Shown here piece after piece: positions 43,108 to 52,153 of a DNA stretch of 64,000 nt. Position numbers and translations under genes: made by a program. The stretch spans positions 14,534 to 78,533 of the forward strand of contig PLZX01000060.1 of assembly GCA_003152325.1 (NCBI GenBank), given 5' to 3'. Position 1 is the stretch's first letter. The number at the start of each line of letters is the position of its first letter. Under the pieces are notes generated by a model. The model was not told the DNA's origin and made no database searches. It worked only from the letters and a program-made list of their open reading frames with translations. The stretch is from Bryobacterales bacterium (GTDB lineage Bacteria; Acidobacteriota; Terriglobia; Bryobacterales; Bryobacteraceae).

Positions 43108-44262
43108 ATGAGAACCAGATTGAAGACGGCACTTCTGGGGACCGGATTTGTAGGGCGGGTCCACCTGGAAAACCTGCGGCGGATCGGCCAGGTGGATGTC
43201 ACCGCGCTGGGCACCGCCGATCCGGACCAGGCACACAAGCTTGCGGCGGAGTTTGGAATCGGGAGAGTGGAAACCGATTACCGCCGGATTCTGGAGGACC
43301 GCGAAATCGATGCGGTCCACATCTGTACGCCCAACTCTTTCCACGCGGCCATCGCTAGCGACGCGCTGCTGGCAGGAAAGCATGTGCTGTGTGAAAAGCC
43401 CTTAGCGACTTCAGCCGAGGCCGCACGCCAACTGGTGGCGCTGGCCGCCGAGAAGAAGCTTCGCAACTGCACCTGCCATAACCTCCGGTTCTATCCCCTG
43501 GTGCAGCAAATGCGGCGCATGCGGGAGAGCGGCGAGTTAGGTGAGATCCTGGTGGTTCAAGGCACCTATTCTCAAGACTGGCTCTTCCTCGATACGGACT
43601 GGAACTGGCGTCTGGACTCGAAGGAAAACGGCCCTTCGCGCACTATGGCCGATATTGGCTCGCACTGGTGCGATATGGCCGAACACGTCACGGGCCTACG
43701 AATTACTTCTCTTTGCGCGGACCTGCAAACGTTCCACAAGATGCGCAAACAGCCTAAGAGCCCCATTGAAACCTTCGCCGGCAAACTGCTGACGGCCGAG
43801 GATTACCACGAAGTTCCCATCGACACCGAGGATTTCGGCGCGATGGTATTTCGGATGGGAGATCGCACCCGCGGCGGCTTCACGGCCAGTCAGGTCTCGG
43901 CTGGGCGCAAGAACCGCCTGAATCTTGAAGTGTACGGATCAAAAGCGGGAGTGGCCTGGGACGGCGAACGTCCCAACGAGTTATGGATCGGTAAACGCAA
44001 TGCACCGAACCAGACACTGCTCAAAGATCCGTCTCTACTGGAGCCGCAAGCGCGCTGTTATGCGGACCTGCCGGGCGGACATGCCGAAGGGTATGCCGAT
44101 ACATTCAAGCAAGTCTTTCGCCGGTTCTATCAGTCCATTGAAGATCCTGGCGCAGAACCCGAATACCCGCAGTTCGCGGACGGCTTACGTCAGTTGACAG
44201 TCGTCGAATCCGAGTTGGAGAGCAGCCGGACGCATGCGTGGGTAGAGGTTCCCAAATCCTAG
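43108..44262 (+). CDS. Gfo/Idh/MocA family oxidoreductase, cytoplasmic (Gfo4)
   Basis: 384 aa. LKTALLGTGFVGRVH Rossmann block. HVLCEKPLA. No signal peptide. Confidence 0.85.
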   Translation: MRTRLKTALLGTGFVGRVHLENLRRIGQVDVTALGTADPDQAHKLAAEFGIGRVETDYRRILEDREIDAVHICTPNSFHAAIASDALLAGKHVLCEKPLATSAEAARQLVALAAEKKLRNCTCHNLRFYPLVQQMRRMRESGELGEILVVQGTYSQDWLFLDTDWNWRLDSKENGPSRTMADIGSHWCDMAEHVTGLRITSLCADLQTFHKMRKQPKSPIETFAGKLLTAEDYHEVPIDTEDFGAMVFRMGDRTRGGFTASQVSAGRKNRLNLEVYGSKAGVAWDGERPNELWIGKRNAPNQTLLKDPSLLEPQARCYADLPGGHAEGYADTFKQVFRRFYQSIEDPGAEPEYPQFADGLRQLTVVESELESSRTHAWVEVPKS

Positions 44263-44295
44263 AAGCTTGATTGACGACGCTGAGCAATACAATCT

Positions 44296-45189
44296 ATGAA
44301 ACTCGCAACTTTTGTTTTTGGAAACCAGGAGCGCGCCGGGATCGTTGTTGACGATTGCGTGGAGCCGTTGAACATCCCCAACATGCGGGCCCTTTTCGAA
44401 CTGGGCCCGCCGCAACTACACGCGCCCAAACTAACGACGGGTGAACGAATCCCGCTGAAGAACGTCACGCTGAAAGCGCCTATCATCCCCAAGAAGTTCT
44501 TCCATACGGCAGGCAATTTCCGCGAACACGCAGAGGAGGGGAAGAAGGCCAATTGGGTACATCCCATCAAGCCGTGGATCGTCTTCTTCCAGAACATCGA
44601 CGCGATCATTGGCCCGGACGCTCCTGTGATATATCCCGAGCATCTCACCGAAGAGCTGGACTACGAGCTGGAACTGGCGGTGATCCTCGCCAAGCCGGGC
44701 AAGCATTTTTCAGCGGCTGAAGCCGAGGAGTACATCGGTGGTTACGTCATCTTCAACGACATTACGGCGCGCGACATCCAGCGACGGGAAATGCAATCGG
44801 CGAACTTCTGCTTTAGCAAAAGCATTGACACATTTTGCCCCTTAGGCCCCTGGATTGTGACACCCGACGAGATCCCGAACCCGCGCGACCTCCGCATGGA
44901 ACTTCGTGTGAACGGGCAATCCCGCCAGGTTTCGCATTCCGGCAGGATGTCCGTGACCATTCCGGAAATTCTGGCGCAGTATTCGCCGCTTGGTTACTCC
45001 GCCGGCGACGTGCTCAGCACCGGAACGGTTTCCGGAGTGGCGGCCTTCAGTGACGATCCAGCCTCGAAGTATCTCAAGCCAGGCGACGTGGTGGAAGCCG
45101 AGATCGAACATATCGGGGTACTTCGCAATCCGATCATTTCCTGGGAGCAGGGTCACGGTGTCCCTGCCCCACCGAGAATTCGTTGGTGA
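44296..45189 (+). CDS. fumarylacetoacetate hydrolase (FAH) family protein
   Basis: 297 aa. Motifs DYELELAVI, NDITARD, KSIDTFCPLGPW. Confidence 0.85.
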   Translation: MKLATFVFGNQERAGIVVDDCVEPLNIPNMRALFELGPPQLHAPKLTTGERIPLKNVTLKAPIIPKKFFHTAGNFREHAEEGKKANWVHPIKPWIVFFQNIDAIIGPDAPVIYPEHLTEELDYELELAVILAKPGKHFSAAEAEEYIGGYVIFNDITARDIQRREMQSANFCFSKSIDTFCPLGPWIVTPDEIPNPRDLRMELRVNGQSRQVSHSGRMSVTIPEILAQYSPLGYSAGDVLSTGTVSGVAAFSDDPASKYLKPGDVVEAEIEHIGVLRNPIISWEQGHGVPAPPRIRW

Positions 45190-45193
45190 AAAG

Positions 45194-46378
45194 ATGCCAA
45201 AACTGAATCCAAATCAAATATGGTCCGGGGACTTGAACCGCATAGCCATGCCCAAGCCAGCGCCGGCCAGTGTCGGCCTGTACGACACGACGCTTCGCGA
45301 CGGCGAGCAGGCCGTGGGAGTGGTGTTCGGTCCTGAACAGAAACTCGAACTGGCGAAGCTGCTCGATTCGATGGGGATCGACCGCATTGAAGCCGGCTTC
45401 GCCCGCGTTTCAGAGGACGACAGCCGGGCGATCGAGATGATTCTCGCCGCCGGCCTCAAGGCGGAAGTCTGGGCCTTTGCCCGGGCGCTCATCGAAGATG
45501 TCGATGCGGTTGCGAAGCTGGGTTGCCGTTACACCATCATCGAAGCGCCGCTGGCAGACCGGAAGCTTAGCGCGCTCGGTGTGTCGAGGGAAAAGATTCT
45601 GCAGCGCATTACGGACTCCATCACTCACGCTAATCGGCAGGGCCTGTGCGTGGCCTTCTTTGGCGTGGACGGTTCGCGAGCAGACCTGCACTTTCTGGAA
45701 GCGGCGTACAAAACAGCGATCGATGCGGGTGCGAAGGAAGCGGTGGTGGTGGACACCATTGGCATCGCCGCACCTGAAAGCGTGGCATTCCTGGTGATGC
45801 GAGTCATTCAGTGGGTGGGGAAGGACGTCCCAGTCCATTTTCACGGACACAATGATTTCGGACTAGCGACGGCATCCGCAGTCGCGGCGGTGCAAGCGGG
45901 CGCATCGTGGATTCACGGCACGCTGGATGGCATTGGAGAGCGGGCGGGCAATGCCAATCTGGCTCAAGTGGCATTGGCACTAGGCGCCATCTACGGCACC
46001 GAGACCAACCTGCGCCTGGACCGGGTACGCGCGGCCTCGGCCCGGTTACGCGAAATTGCGAAATACGATCTGGAGCCGTGGAAGCCGGTGGTGGGTGACA
46101 ACCTCTTTATTCGTGAGACCGGCGCGGTAGCAGCGCAATTTCATATCCCAGAGGCCATTGAACCTTACTCCGCGGAGATTCTGGCGACCCGACGCGCGGT
46201 GGTGCTGGGTAAGAAGAGCGGGGTCGCTTCCATCCGAATCAAGTGTGAGGAATTGGGACTGGATGTACCCGAGGACCGGCACGCAGCATTGCTCGCAGCG
46301 GTCAAAGGACTGGCAATTCGGAAAAGGGGGCTGCTGACAGATGCCGAATTCCGGGAGCTCGCCGCAGTCAATCGGTAG
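45194..46378 (+). CDS. DRE-TIM metallolyase (2-isopropylmalate/homocitrate synthase-like, pyruvate carboxyltransferase domain)
   Basis: Start moved to ATG 45194 (MPKLNPNQIW). LYDTTLRDGEQ signature, HFHGHNDFGLATA. No LeuA-type regulatory domain at this length. Confidence 0.8.
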   Translation: MPKLNPNQIWSGDLNRIAMPKPAPASVGLYDTTLRDGEQAVGVVFGPEQKLELAKLLDSMGIDRIEAGFARVSEDDSRAIEMILAAGLKAEVWAFARALIEDVDAVAKLGCRYTIIEAPLADRKLSALGVSREKILQRITDSITHANRQGLCVAFFGVDGSRADLHFLEAAYKTAIDAGAKEAVVVDTIGIAAPESVAFLVMRVIQWVGKDVPVHFHGHNDFGLATASAVAAVQAGASWIHGTLDGIGERAGNANLAQVALALGAIYGTETNLRLDRVRAASARLREIAKYDLEPWKPVVGDNLFIRETGAVAAQFHIPEAIEPYSAEILATRRAVVLGKKSGVASIRIKCEELGLDVPEDRHAALLAAVKGLAIRKRGLLTDAEFRELAAVNR

Positions 46379-47726
46379 CGGAGGACACAGCGTGGATGGC
46401 CCCGCCATTGATGTCCGCGATGCGATTGAGAATGCACCGGTGGGGCGCTACCATTTGTTTCTCGCCTCGCTGATCGCTCTGATCGTTTTGTTTGAAGGCT
46501 ACGGGAACTTCAACGCAGCCTATGTGATTCCCTATGTGATGGGTCCGTGGCATCTGCTGCATGGACAGGCCGGCCTGCTGGTATCGAGCGGCATGATCGG
46601 CTTTGCATTCGGCTCCCTGGCGCAAGGCAAGTTCTCCGACCGCTTCGGACGCCGCATCATGATCCTATGCGCTCTGTGGGTGGCCACCGTCTTCAGTTTT
46701 GCGACAGCCACAGCGACCTCATTTCTCACCTTCTGCATCTGGCGATTCTGCACGGGAATTGGCTTGGGCGTTTTGCTGCCGCTCGGCATCACATACATGA
46801 ACGAGTATTCGCCGAAGCGGCTGAAACACACATTCTCCACCTGGGGATGGGGCTTGGGCTTTTCCGCCGGCGGAGTGGCCGCTTCGGCGGTCGGGGTGTT
46901 CCTGACTCCCTCGTTCGGCTGGCAATCTCTGTACTATGTCGCCAGTCTTTCGGTCGTCTTGGCGGTGGTATGCCACGTGGCGCTCCCGGAGTCGCTGCAA
47001 TTTCGAGCGATGCGCGGAGATACCGAAGGAATCGCTGCCGTACTCGGCCGCCTGGATCCCGCCAATGCGGAACGGTACCGCGCCCCGGGGGTCCGCTTCA
47101 CGTTTCCCGAGCGCAACGACCGGCCTGCGTCCATATCCTTATTATTGTCGCCGCGCTATCGCCGCACCAGCCTGGCCGTGTGGGCCGCCGCTTTCTTTAT
47201 CCTGTTCGCGGTCTATGGCCTCACTGGCTGGGTGCCGACTGCGATGATGCAACGGGGCGAGACATTTAGCGCCAGTTTCGCGTTCGGAGCCATGATCCTT
47301 GGAATGAATTTCTTCGGCACGCTGGGATGCGGATTCTGCGCGGACCGGTGGACCAATGGACGAACTGCCCTGATGTTGTGGTGGATTGGCGGCGCGCTGG
47401 CAATCGGTGTGCTCGCCGTCGCCAACGGACACTGGCTGAACCTGTTTTCCATGGCCTGCGCTGGATTCTTTGTATTAGGCGGACAGGGCACGCTGAATAA
47501 CCTCACCGCAAGCTGGTATGAAACCGAGGTGCGCGGCACCGCGGTTGGCATGATGCTGGGGATCGGACGATTCGGCGGCGTGCTCGGACCTTTCCTGCTC
47601 GGCCTGGTACAGCAAGCCTGGCCGGGTTCGCTAGGACTCTTTGTTTCCATCAGCGTGGCGGTTTTGGTGGGCGCAGCCTGCATCGCGTTCGCCGGTTCGC
47701 GGCCTGAGACTATTTCGATTCAGTAA
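46341..47726 (+). CDS. MFS transporter (aromatic acid:H+ symporter-like)
   Basis: 461 aa. Motifs FSDRFGRRIM, PESLQFRAMRGD. The start is uncertain because 46341 overlaps the previous gene by 38 nt. GTG 46391 is an alternative. Confidence 0.75.
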   Translation: MPNSGSSPQSIGSGGHSVDGPAIDVRDAIENAPVGRYHLFLASLIALIVLFEGYGNFNAAYVIPYVMGPWHLLHGQAGLLVSSGMIGFAFGSLAQGKFSDRFGRRIMILCALWVATVFSFATATATSFLTFCIWRFCTGIGLGVLLPLGITYMNEYSPKRLKHTFSTWGWGLGFSAGGVAASAVGVFLTPSFGWQSLYYVASLSVVLAVVCHVALPESLQFRAMRGDTEGIAAVLGRLDPANAERYRAPGVRFTFPERNDRPASISLLLSPRYRRTSLAVWAAAFFILFAVYGLTGWVPTAMMQRGETFSASFAFGAMILGMNFFGTLGCGFCADRWTNGRTALMLWWIGGALAIGVLAVANGHWLNLFSMACAGFFVLGGQGTLNNLTASWYETEVRGTAVGMMLGIGRFGGVLGPFLLGLVQQAWPGSLGLFVSISVAVLVGAACIAFAGSRPETISIQ

Positions 47727-47737
47727 GGGGATTGTTT

Positions 47738-48505
47738 ATGAAACGACTTCAAGATCGATATGCGTTAGTAACCGGAGCGGGCCGCGGCCTAGGCGCCGTA
47801 ATCGCCAAGTCCCTGGCGGAAGAAGGGGCGCACGTCGCCATACATTACAACAGTTCAGCCGAGGGAGCCGAGGCAGTCTCCGAAGCCATTCGACAGTCGG
47901 GTCGCGAGTCATTCACGGTACAGGGCGACATCACGAAGTGGGCGGACGTGAAGCACGTTGCCGAGACGGTGTTCTCTCGATTCGGCCGGCTGGACGTGCT
48001 TGTGAACAATGTGGGCGACATGGCTTCCGGTCAAAACTCCTGGCGGGAAATCACCGAAGAAGCCATCGACCATGTGCTGGCCGTCGATATCAAAGGCACC
48101 ATGCTGATGATCCACGAAGTTGGATCCAGAATGTTGGACCAGGGCAGCGGCTCGATTGTGAATATTGGTTCCCGGGTGGTAGCGGCCGGAAGCCCCCGTG
48201 CGCCGCAATATGCGGCCGGCAAATATGGAATCATCGGGCTGACGAAGTCCTACGCACTGGCCTTCGCGCCGAAAGTGCGAGTCAACACGCTGGGCCCCGG
48301 CTTCATTGAAACCGAGAGATTGCTCGCCCGCAAGGACTGGCAGACCGGGCGGCGGGAACAGATCCTCTCGCAGACTCCGCTCAAGCACATCGCGCAACCA
48401 GAGGATGTCATGGGGCCTGTGCTCTTCCTGGCCAGCGAGGATTCCCGGCACATTACCGGCGGCTTCCTGATCTGTGACGGCGGGCTGACCATGATGGGGG
48501 CTTAA
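47738..48505 (+). CDS. SDR family oxidoreductase (FabG-like)
   Basis: Start at ATG 47738, after AAGGGG. VTGAGRGLG cofactor motif. YAAGKYG (Y-x3-K). Confidence 0.9.
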   Translation: MKRLQDRYALVTGAGRGLGAVIAKSLAEEGAHVAIHYNSSAEGAEAVSEAIRQSGRESFTVQGDITKWADVKHVAETVFSRFGRLDVLVNNVGDMASGQNSWREITEEAIDHVLAVDIKGTMLMIHEVGSRMLDQGSGSIVNIGSRVVAAGSPRAPQYAAGKYGIIGLTKSYALAFAPKVRVNTLGPGFIETERLLARKDWQTGRREQILSQTPLKHIAQPEDVMGPVLFLASEDSRHITGGFLICDGGLTMMGA

Positions 48506-48541
48506 GGCGGCTCGCCCTGTCGGAATCATCCTTGAATAACA

Positions 48542-49336
48542 CTAACGGCCGCGATAGACTGGGCTGCGCTTCTCCAAGAACGCACGGATTCCTTCTGTCT
48601 TATCTTCGGAGGAAAAGAGAATCTGGAAGGCTTTGGCTTCGAGGCGCACACCGGACTCCAAAGTGGAGTTCATACTCTCGATCACCAGCTCCTTAATTTG
48701 GCGAACGGCCAAAGTGGGAGACGCCGCGATTCGCTTTGCAAGTTCCATCGAGCAGTCCAAGGTTTCCTGGTCCGGTACGACGGTGCTGACGAGCCCGAAC
48801 GAGAGCGCTTCGGCGGCGGAGATCATCTCGCCCGTCAACAACAGTTTCATGGCCCGAGCTTTGCCCACAGCTCGAGTCAGGCGCTGGGTCGCACCGGCCC
48901 CGGGCATCAGGCCAACTCGCACTTCCGGTTGCCCGAATCGGGCCGATTCTCCTGCGACAATGATGTCGGCCTGCATGGCCAGTTCGCAGCCTCCGCCCAA
49001 CGCGTATCCGTTCACGGCGGCAATGATCGGCTTGGGACACCCGGAAATCGCTGACCAAAGCTGGCGCAGGTTCCTTTGGGCGATGTCGACCGTGGTGGCA
49101 TTCAAGTACTCGCGGAGGTCGGCACCGCCACAAAATGCGCGATCGTCACCGGTGATGACAATACAATGCACGGCGTCGTCTTCAGTCAATTCGCGAAAAC
49201 GCTGGGAGAGCTGAATGCGCGTGGCCAGATTGAGGGCGTTGCGCACCTCGGGCCGATTGAGCCGTACCAGGGCAACTTGCGGGAAGGGACGTTCGACCAT
49301 CACGAAGTCGTTATTCGAGTCGTCAGAGGTGGGCAT
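48542..49336 (-). CDS. enoyl-CoA hydratase/isomerase (crotonase) family protein
   Basis: 264 aa. AAVNGYALGGGCELAMQADIIVA, GLMPGAGATQRL. Confidence 0.9.
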   Translation of the reverse strand: MPTSDDSNNDFVMVERPFPQVALVRLNRPEVRNALNLATRIQLSQRFRELTEDDAVHCIVITGDDRAFCGGADLREYLNATTVDIAQRNLRQLWSAISGCPKPIIAAVNGYALGGGCELAMQADIIVAGESARFGQPEVRVGLMPGAGATQRLTRAVGKARAMKLLLTGEMISAAEALSFGLVSTVVPDQETLDCSMELAKRIAASPTLAVRQIKELVIESMNSTLESGVRLEAKAFQILFSSEDKTEGIRAFLEKRSPVYRGR

Positions 49337-49339
49337 GTG

Positions 49340-50170
49340 TCAGTTTCCGGTGAATACGGGCGTCCGCTTTTCCAGAAGCGCATTTACTCCTTCCGCGTGA
49401 TCGGTCGTACCATGCGCCATAGCCTGATAGGCAGCCGCCAGGTTCAGCGTCTGATCCAGGCTTAGACTGTGGGACTCGCGCAAAAGACGTTTGGTCCATC
49501 GAAGGACGTACGGTGGGTTGGCGGCAATTCGTTCCGCAAGGTTCATGGCATCCTGCATGAGGGCTTCCGGGGCGAGTACGCGAGAAACGAGGCCGGCTTT
49601 GAGTGCCTCCTCGGCATCCAACGGTGCCCCGCCAAACGCCATCTCTGCCGCCCGGGAATATCCGACAATGCGTGGCAGGAACCATGTCCCTCCGAATCCA
49701 GGCACCAGACCGACCTTGCCGTAGCTTTCCGCAAACAGCGCCTTGGTCGACGCGATTCGAATGTCGCATGCACACGCCAGATCGCAGCCAGCACCAATCG
49801 CCGGCCCGTTGACAGCGGCGATGGTGGGTACGTCTATTTGGAATAGTGCACGAGGAATTCGCTGGATACCTCTCTCGTACTGACTCGCGATTTCCGGAGC
49901 CGTGCCGCCGAACATGCCTTCTTTGGCTTGCATCTGCCGGAGGTTGCCGCCTGAACAAAAAACGGTCCCGGTTGCGGTAAGGACCACAACCCGCACGGTC
50001 ATATCGGCATTGATTTTGCTTGCGGCCTTCTCGAATGCTTCGAAGAGTTCGTCACTCCCCAGAGAATTCCTTGTGGAGGGATCATTCAACGTCAGCACCG
50101 CTACGTGCTGGTGCGTGGCGAATTCCAGGATGTTGGTCATCGCATCACCTTCTTGAAGGCGCGTCGGCAT
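49340..50170 (-). CDS. enoyl-CoA hydratase/isomerase (crotonase) family protein
   Basis: 276 aa (alternative start ATG 50140, MTNILEF). AAVNGPAIGAGCDLACACDIRIA, GLVPGFGGTWFLPR. Confidence 0.85.
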   Translation of the reverse strand: MPTRLQEGDAMTNILEFATHQHVAVLTLNDPSTRNSLGSDELFEAFEKAASKINADMTVRVVVLTATGTVFCSGGNLRQMQAKEGMFGGTAPEIASQYERGIQRIPRALFQIDVPTIAAVNGPAIGAGCDLACACDIRIASTKALFAESYGKVGLVPGFGGTWFLPRIVGYSRAAEMAFGGAPLDAEEALKAGLVSRVLAPEALMQDAMNLAERIAANPPYVLRWTKRLLRESHSLSLDQTLNLAAAYQAMAHGTTDHAEGVNALLEKRTPVFTGN

Positions 50171-50288
50171 CCCGAACGATGCTTGGCTCCGCGATTGATT
50201 GCAGCTTGCATGAGAATGGCGTGCCCATCTCCAGTATCATTGATAAAATGTCGCATGATGGGTTCAATTCATCATACCGAATCGAAGG

Positions 50289-51536
50289 TTGATGCCACAC
50301 CAAGAATCTCATAACGCCCCCCGCGCCCTAAAGCACATGACATCTGCTCTGGATGGACTTCGCATACTCGATTTCTCGCATGCCTTGGCTGGTCCCTATT
50401 GCACCCTTCTCCTGGCCGACTATGGCGCCTGCGTATATAAGGTCGAACCGCCGGGCCACGGCGATATGGGTCGCGGCTGGGGTCCTCCATTCATCGGCGA
50501 TCATTCAGCTTTCTTTGCCGGCCTGAATCGCGGCAAGTTCGGCATTGCCATTGACCTCAAGCGGCCTGCCGGCATTGAGCTCTGCTTAAGTCTCATCGAG
50601 AAAATGGACGTGTTGATCGAGAACTTCCGGCCGGGGACCATGCAACGGCTGGGGTTGGGTTATGAAACGGTCCGCCCGCGGAACCCACGATTAATTTATT
50701 GCTCGATCTCCGGCTACGGGCAAGACGGTCCGTCGAGAGACGAGACTGCCATGGACCTGATTGTCCAATGCTCCAGCGGACTGATGAGTATCACAGGCAC
50801 GGAAGCAGGAGAGCAGGTTCGCTGCGGCCACGGCATTTCGGACGTGACGGCCGGGCTCTTTGCGGTGATCGGGATTCTGACGGCGCTCCGGGCGAGAGAA
50901 CAGACCGGCAATGGCCAGTATGTCGACGTCTCCATGCTTGACTCCATGATCTCCACGATGACCTCGAATTTCATGACGCATCTGGGATCAGGCAACACTC
51001 CGCGACCGCTCGGCACGGCCTTCCCCACGATCGTTCCTTATCGCGTCTATAGCGCGAGCGACCGGGCTTTCGGACTGGCGGTTGGCAGCGAGAAATTGTG
51101 GTCGGCTCTTTGCTGTGTGATGGAGAGGCTGGATCTGGAGAACCATCCGGACTATGCGACCAACGCGTTGCGCGTGCAGAATCGAGACTCCCTGGAGCCG
51201 GTGTTAGATGGCGTATTTCGGCAACGCAGCGCGGATGATTGGGTGAGCCGGCTGCAGGCGGCTGGAATTCCCTGTTCGCTGGTCCGAACATTTCCCGAGG
51301 TAGTCGAGAACCCGCAGACCAGCGTCCGAGAGATGTTCCCGGTTGTCGCGGACCCGGTAGCGGGCGATCATCGCGTCACGGGCACACCTGTGAAACTCTC
51401 CGACACGCCGGGCCGTCATGACGTGCCGGCACCGTCGTTAGGCCAACACACCCGAGAGGCTCTCGCGGAATTGCTGGGACTCGACCAAGCGGACCTCGAC
51501 GGACTGTTCGCGGCCGGCGTTTTGACAGGGTGCTAG
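50289..51536 (+). CDS. family III CoA-transferase (CaiB/BaiF)
   Basis: LDGLRILDFSHALAGPYCTLLLADYGA signature. Likely true start ATG 50337 (MTSALDG). Confidence 0.9.
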   Translation: MMPHQESHNAPRALKHMTSALDGLRILDFSHALAGPYCTLLLADYGACVYKVEPPGHGDMGRGWGPPFIGDHSAFFAGLNRGKFGIAIDLKRPAGIELCLSLIEKMDVLIENFRPGTMQRLGLGYETVRPRNPRLIYCSISGYGQDGPSRDETAMDLIVQCSSGLMSITGTEAGEQVRCGHGISDVTAGLFAVIGILTALRAREQTGNGQYVDVSMLDSMISTMTSNFMTHLGSGNTPRPLGTAFPTIVPYRVYSASDRAFGLAVGSEKLWSALCCVMERLDLENHPDYATNALRVQNRDSLEPVLDGVFRQRSADDWVSRLQAAGIPCSLVRTFPEVVENPQTSVREMFPVVADPVAGDHRVTGTPVKLSDTPGRHDVPAPSLGQHTREALAELLGLDQADLDGLFAAGVLTGC

Positions 51537-51607
51537 AGCGCACCGCGATCTCTTCAGAACCCAAAAAACTTCCTTTTCAGACACGCGTGTCTGGTGTACA
51601 CTATACT

Positions 51608-51622
51608 GGACCACTTGTATCG
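51608..51622 (+). promoter_or_regulatory. candidate operator box GGACCACTTGTATCG upstream of b6
   Basis: Lies 116 nt upstream of ATG 51739. Differs by one inserted base from the box upstream of b1 (22352..22365, opposite strand, same orientation relative to its gene). Confidence 0.3.
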
Positions 51623-51738
51623 CATGGTGAAGTGAGCGCAGTGAGCCGTCCCTCACCGCGCCACCGCTACCTGGCGCTTTTCAGGGCAGGCGACCCCGGA
51701 AAGAACAGGGACCAGAGCAGGGACAGAAAGGAAGCTGC

Positions 51739-52131
51739 ATGTTCGACAAGTACATGGTGATGACCCGAGGATTCCAGAACACTTCTCAGAACGGGAAAAT
51801 CATCGGATTCGAAATGAAGGTTCGTATCACCTATTATCGCGGCGTTTTCCTGCCACTCCTGACGGGATTCGACGTCGCAGTAGATGGGGAAAAGTTCAAG
51901 CCGGAAAACATGCGTTTCACGTATGGCGGCCACACCTATACGTTCGATGAAATCGGCAAGGCCGAGAAAGTGCATTGGGATTTTGGCGAGCCGGCCACAC
52001 TCACCATCCTGAAGCCGGGCGGGTTGAAGCCGGGCATCCACGATCTGGAGGTGGTTCAGACCGTCAAGCCATCGTATATGCCAAATGGTTTTACAGGCAG
52101 TACCAAGAGAAAGATCACGTTGGTGGCATGA
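51739..52131 (+). CDS. b6: small partner protein (no signal); close paralog of b2
   Basis: 130 aa. MFDKYMVMTRGFQNTSQNGKIIGFEMKVRITYYRGVFLPLLTGFDVAVDGEKFKP...WDFGEPATLTILKPGGLKPGIHDL...KITLVA. Confidence 0.75.
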   Translation: MFDKYMVMTRGFQNTSQNGKIIGFEMKVRITYYRGVFLPLLTGFDVAVDGEKFKPENMRFTYGGHTYTFDEIGKAEKVHWDFGEPATLTILKPGGLKPGIHDLEVVQTVKPSYMPNGFTGSTKRKITLVA

Positions 52132-52153
52132 CCGGGCACAGGAGGATTTGAAG

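Noticed and set aside
41860-43383. 507-aa minus-strand ORF
   Set aside because: It spans three well-supported + strand genes (NCS1 end, TIM barrel, Gfo4 start). It is a shadow ORF.
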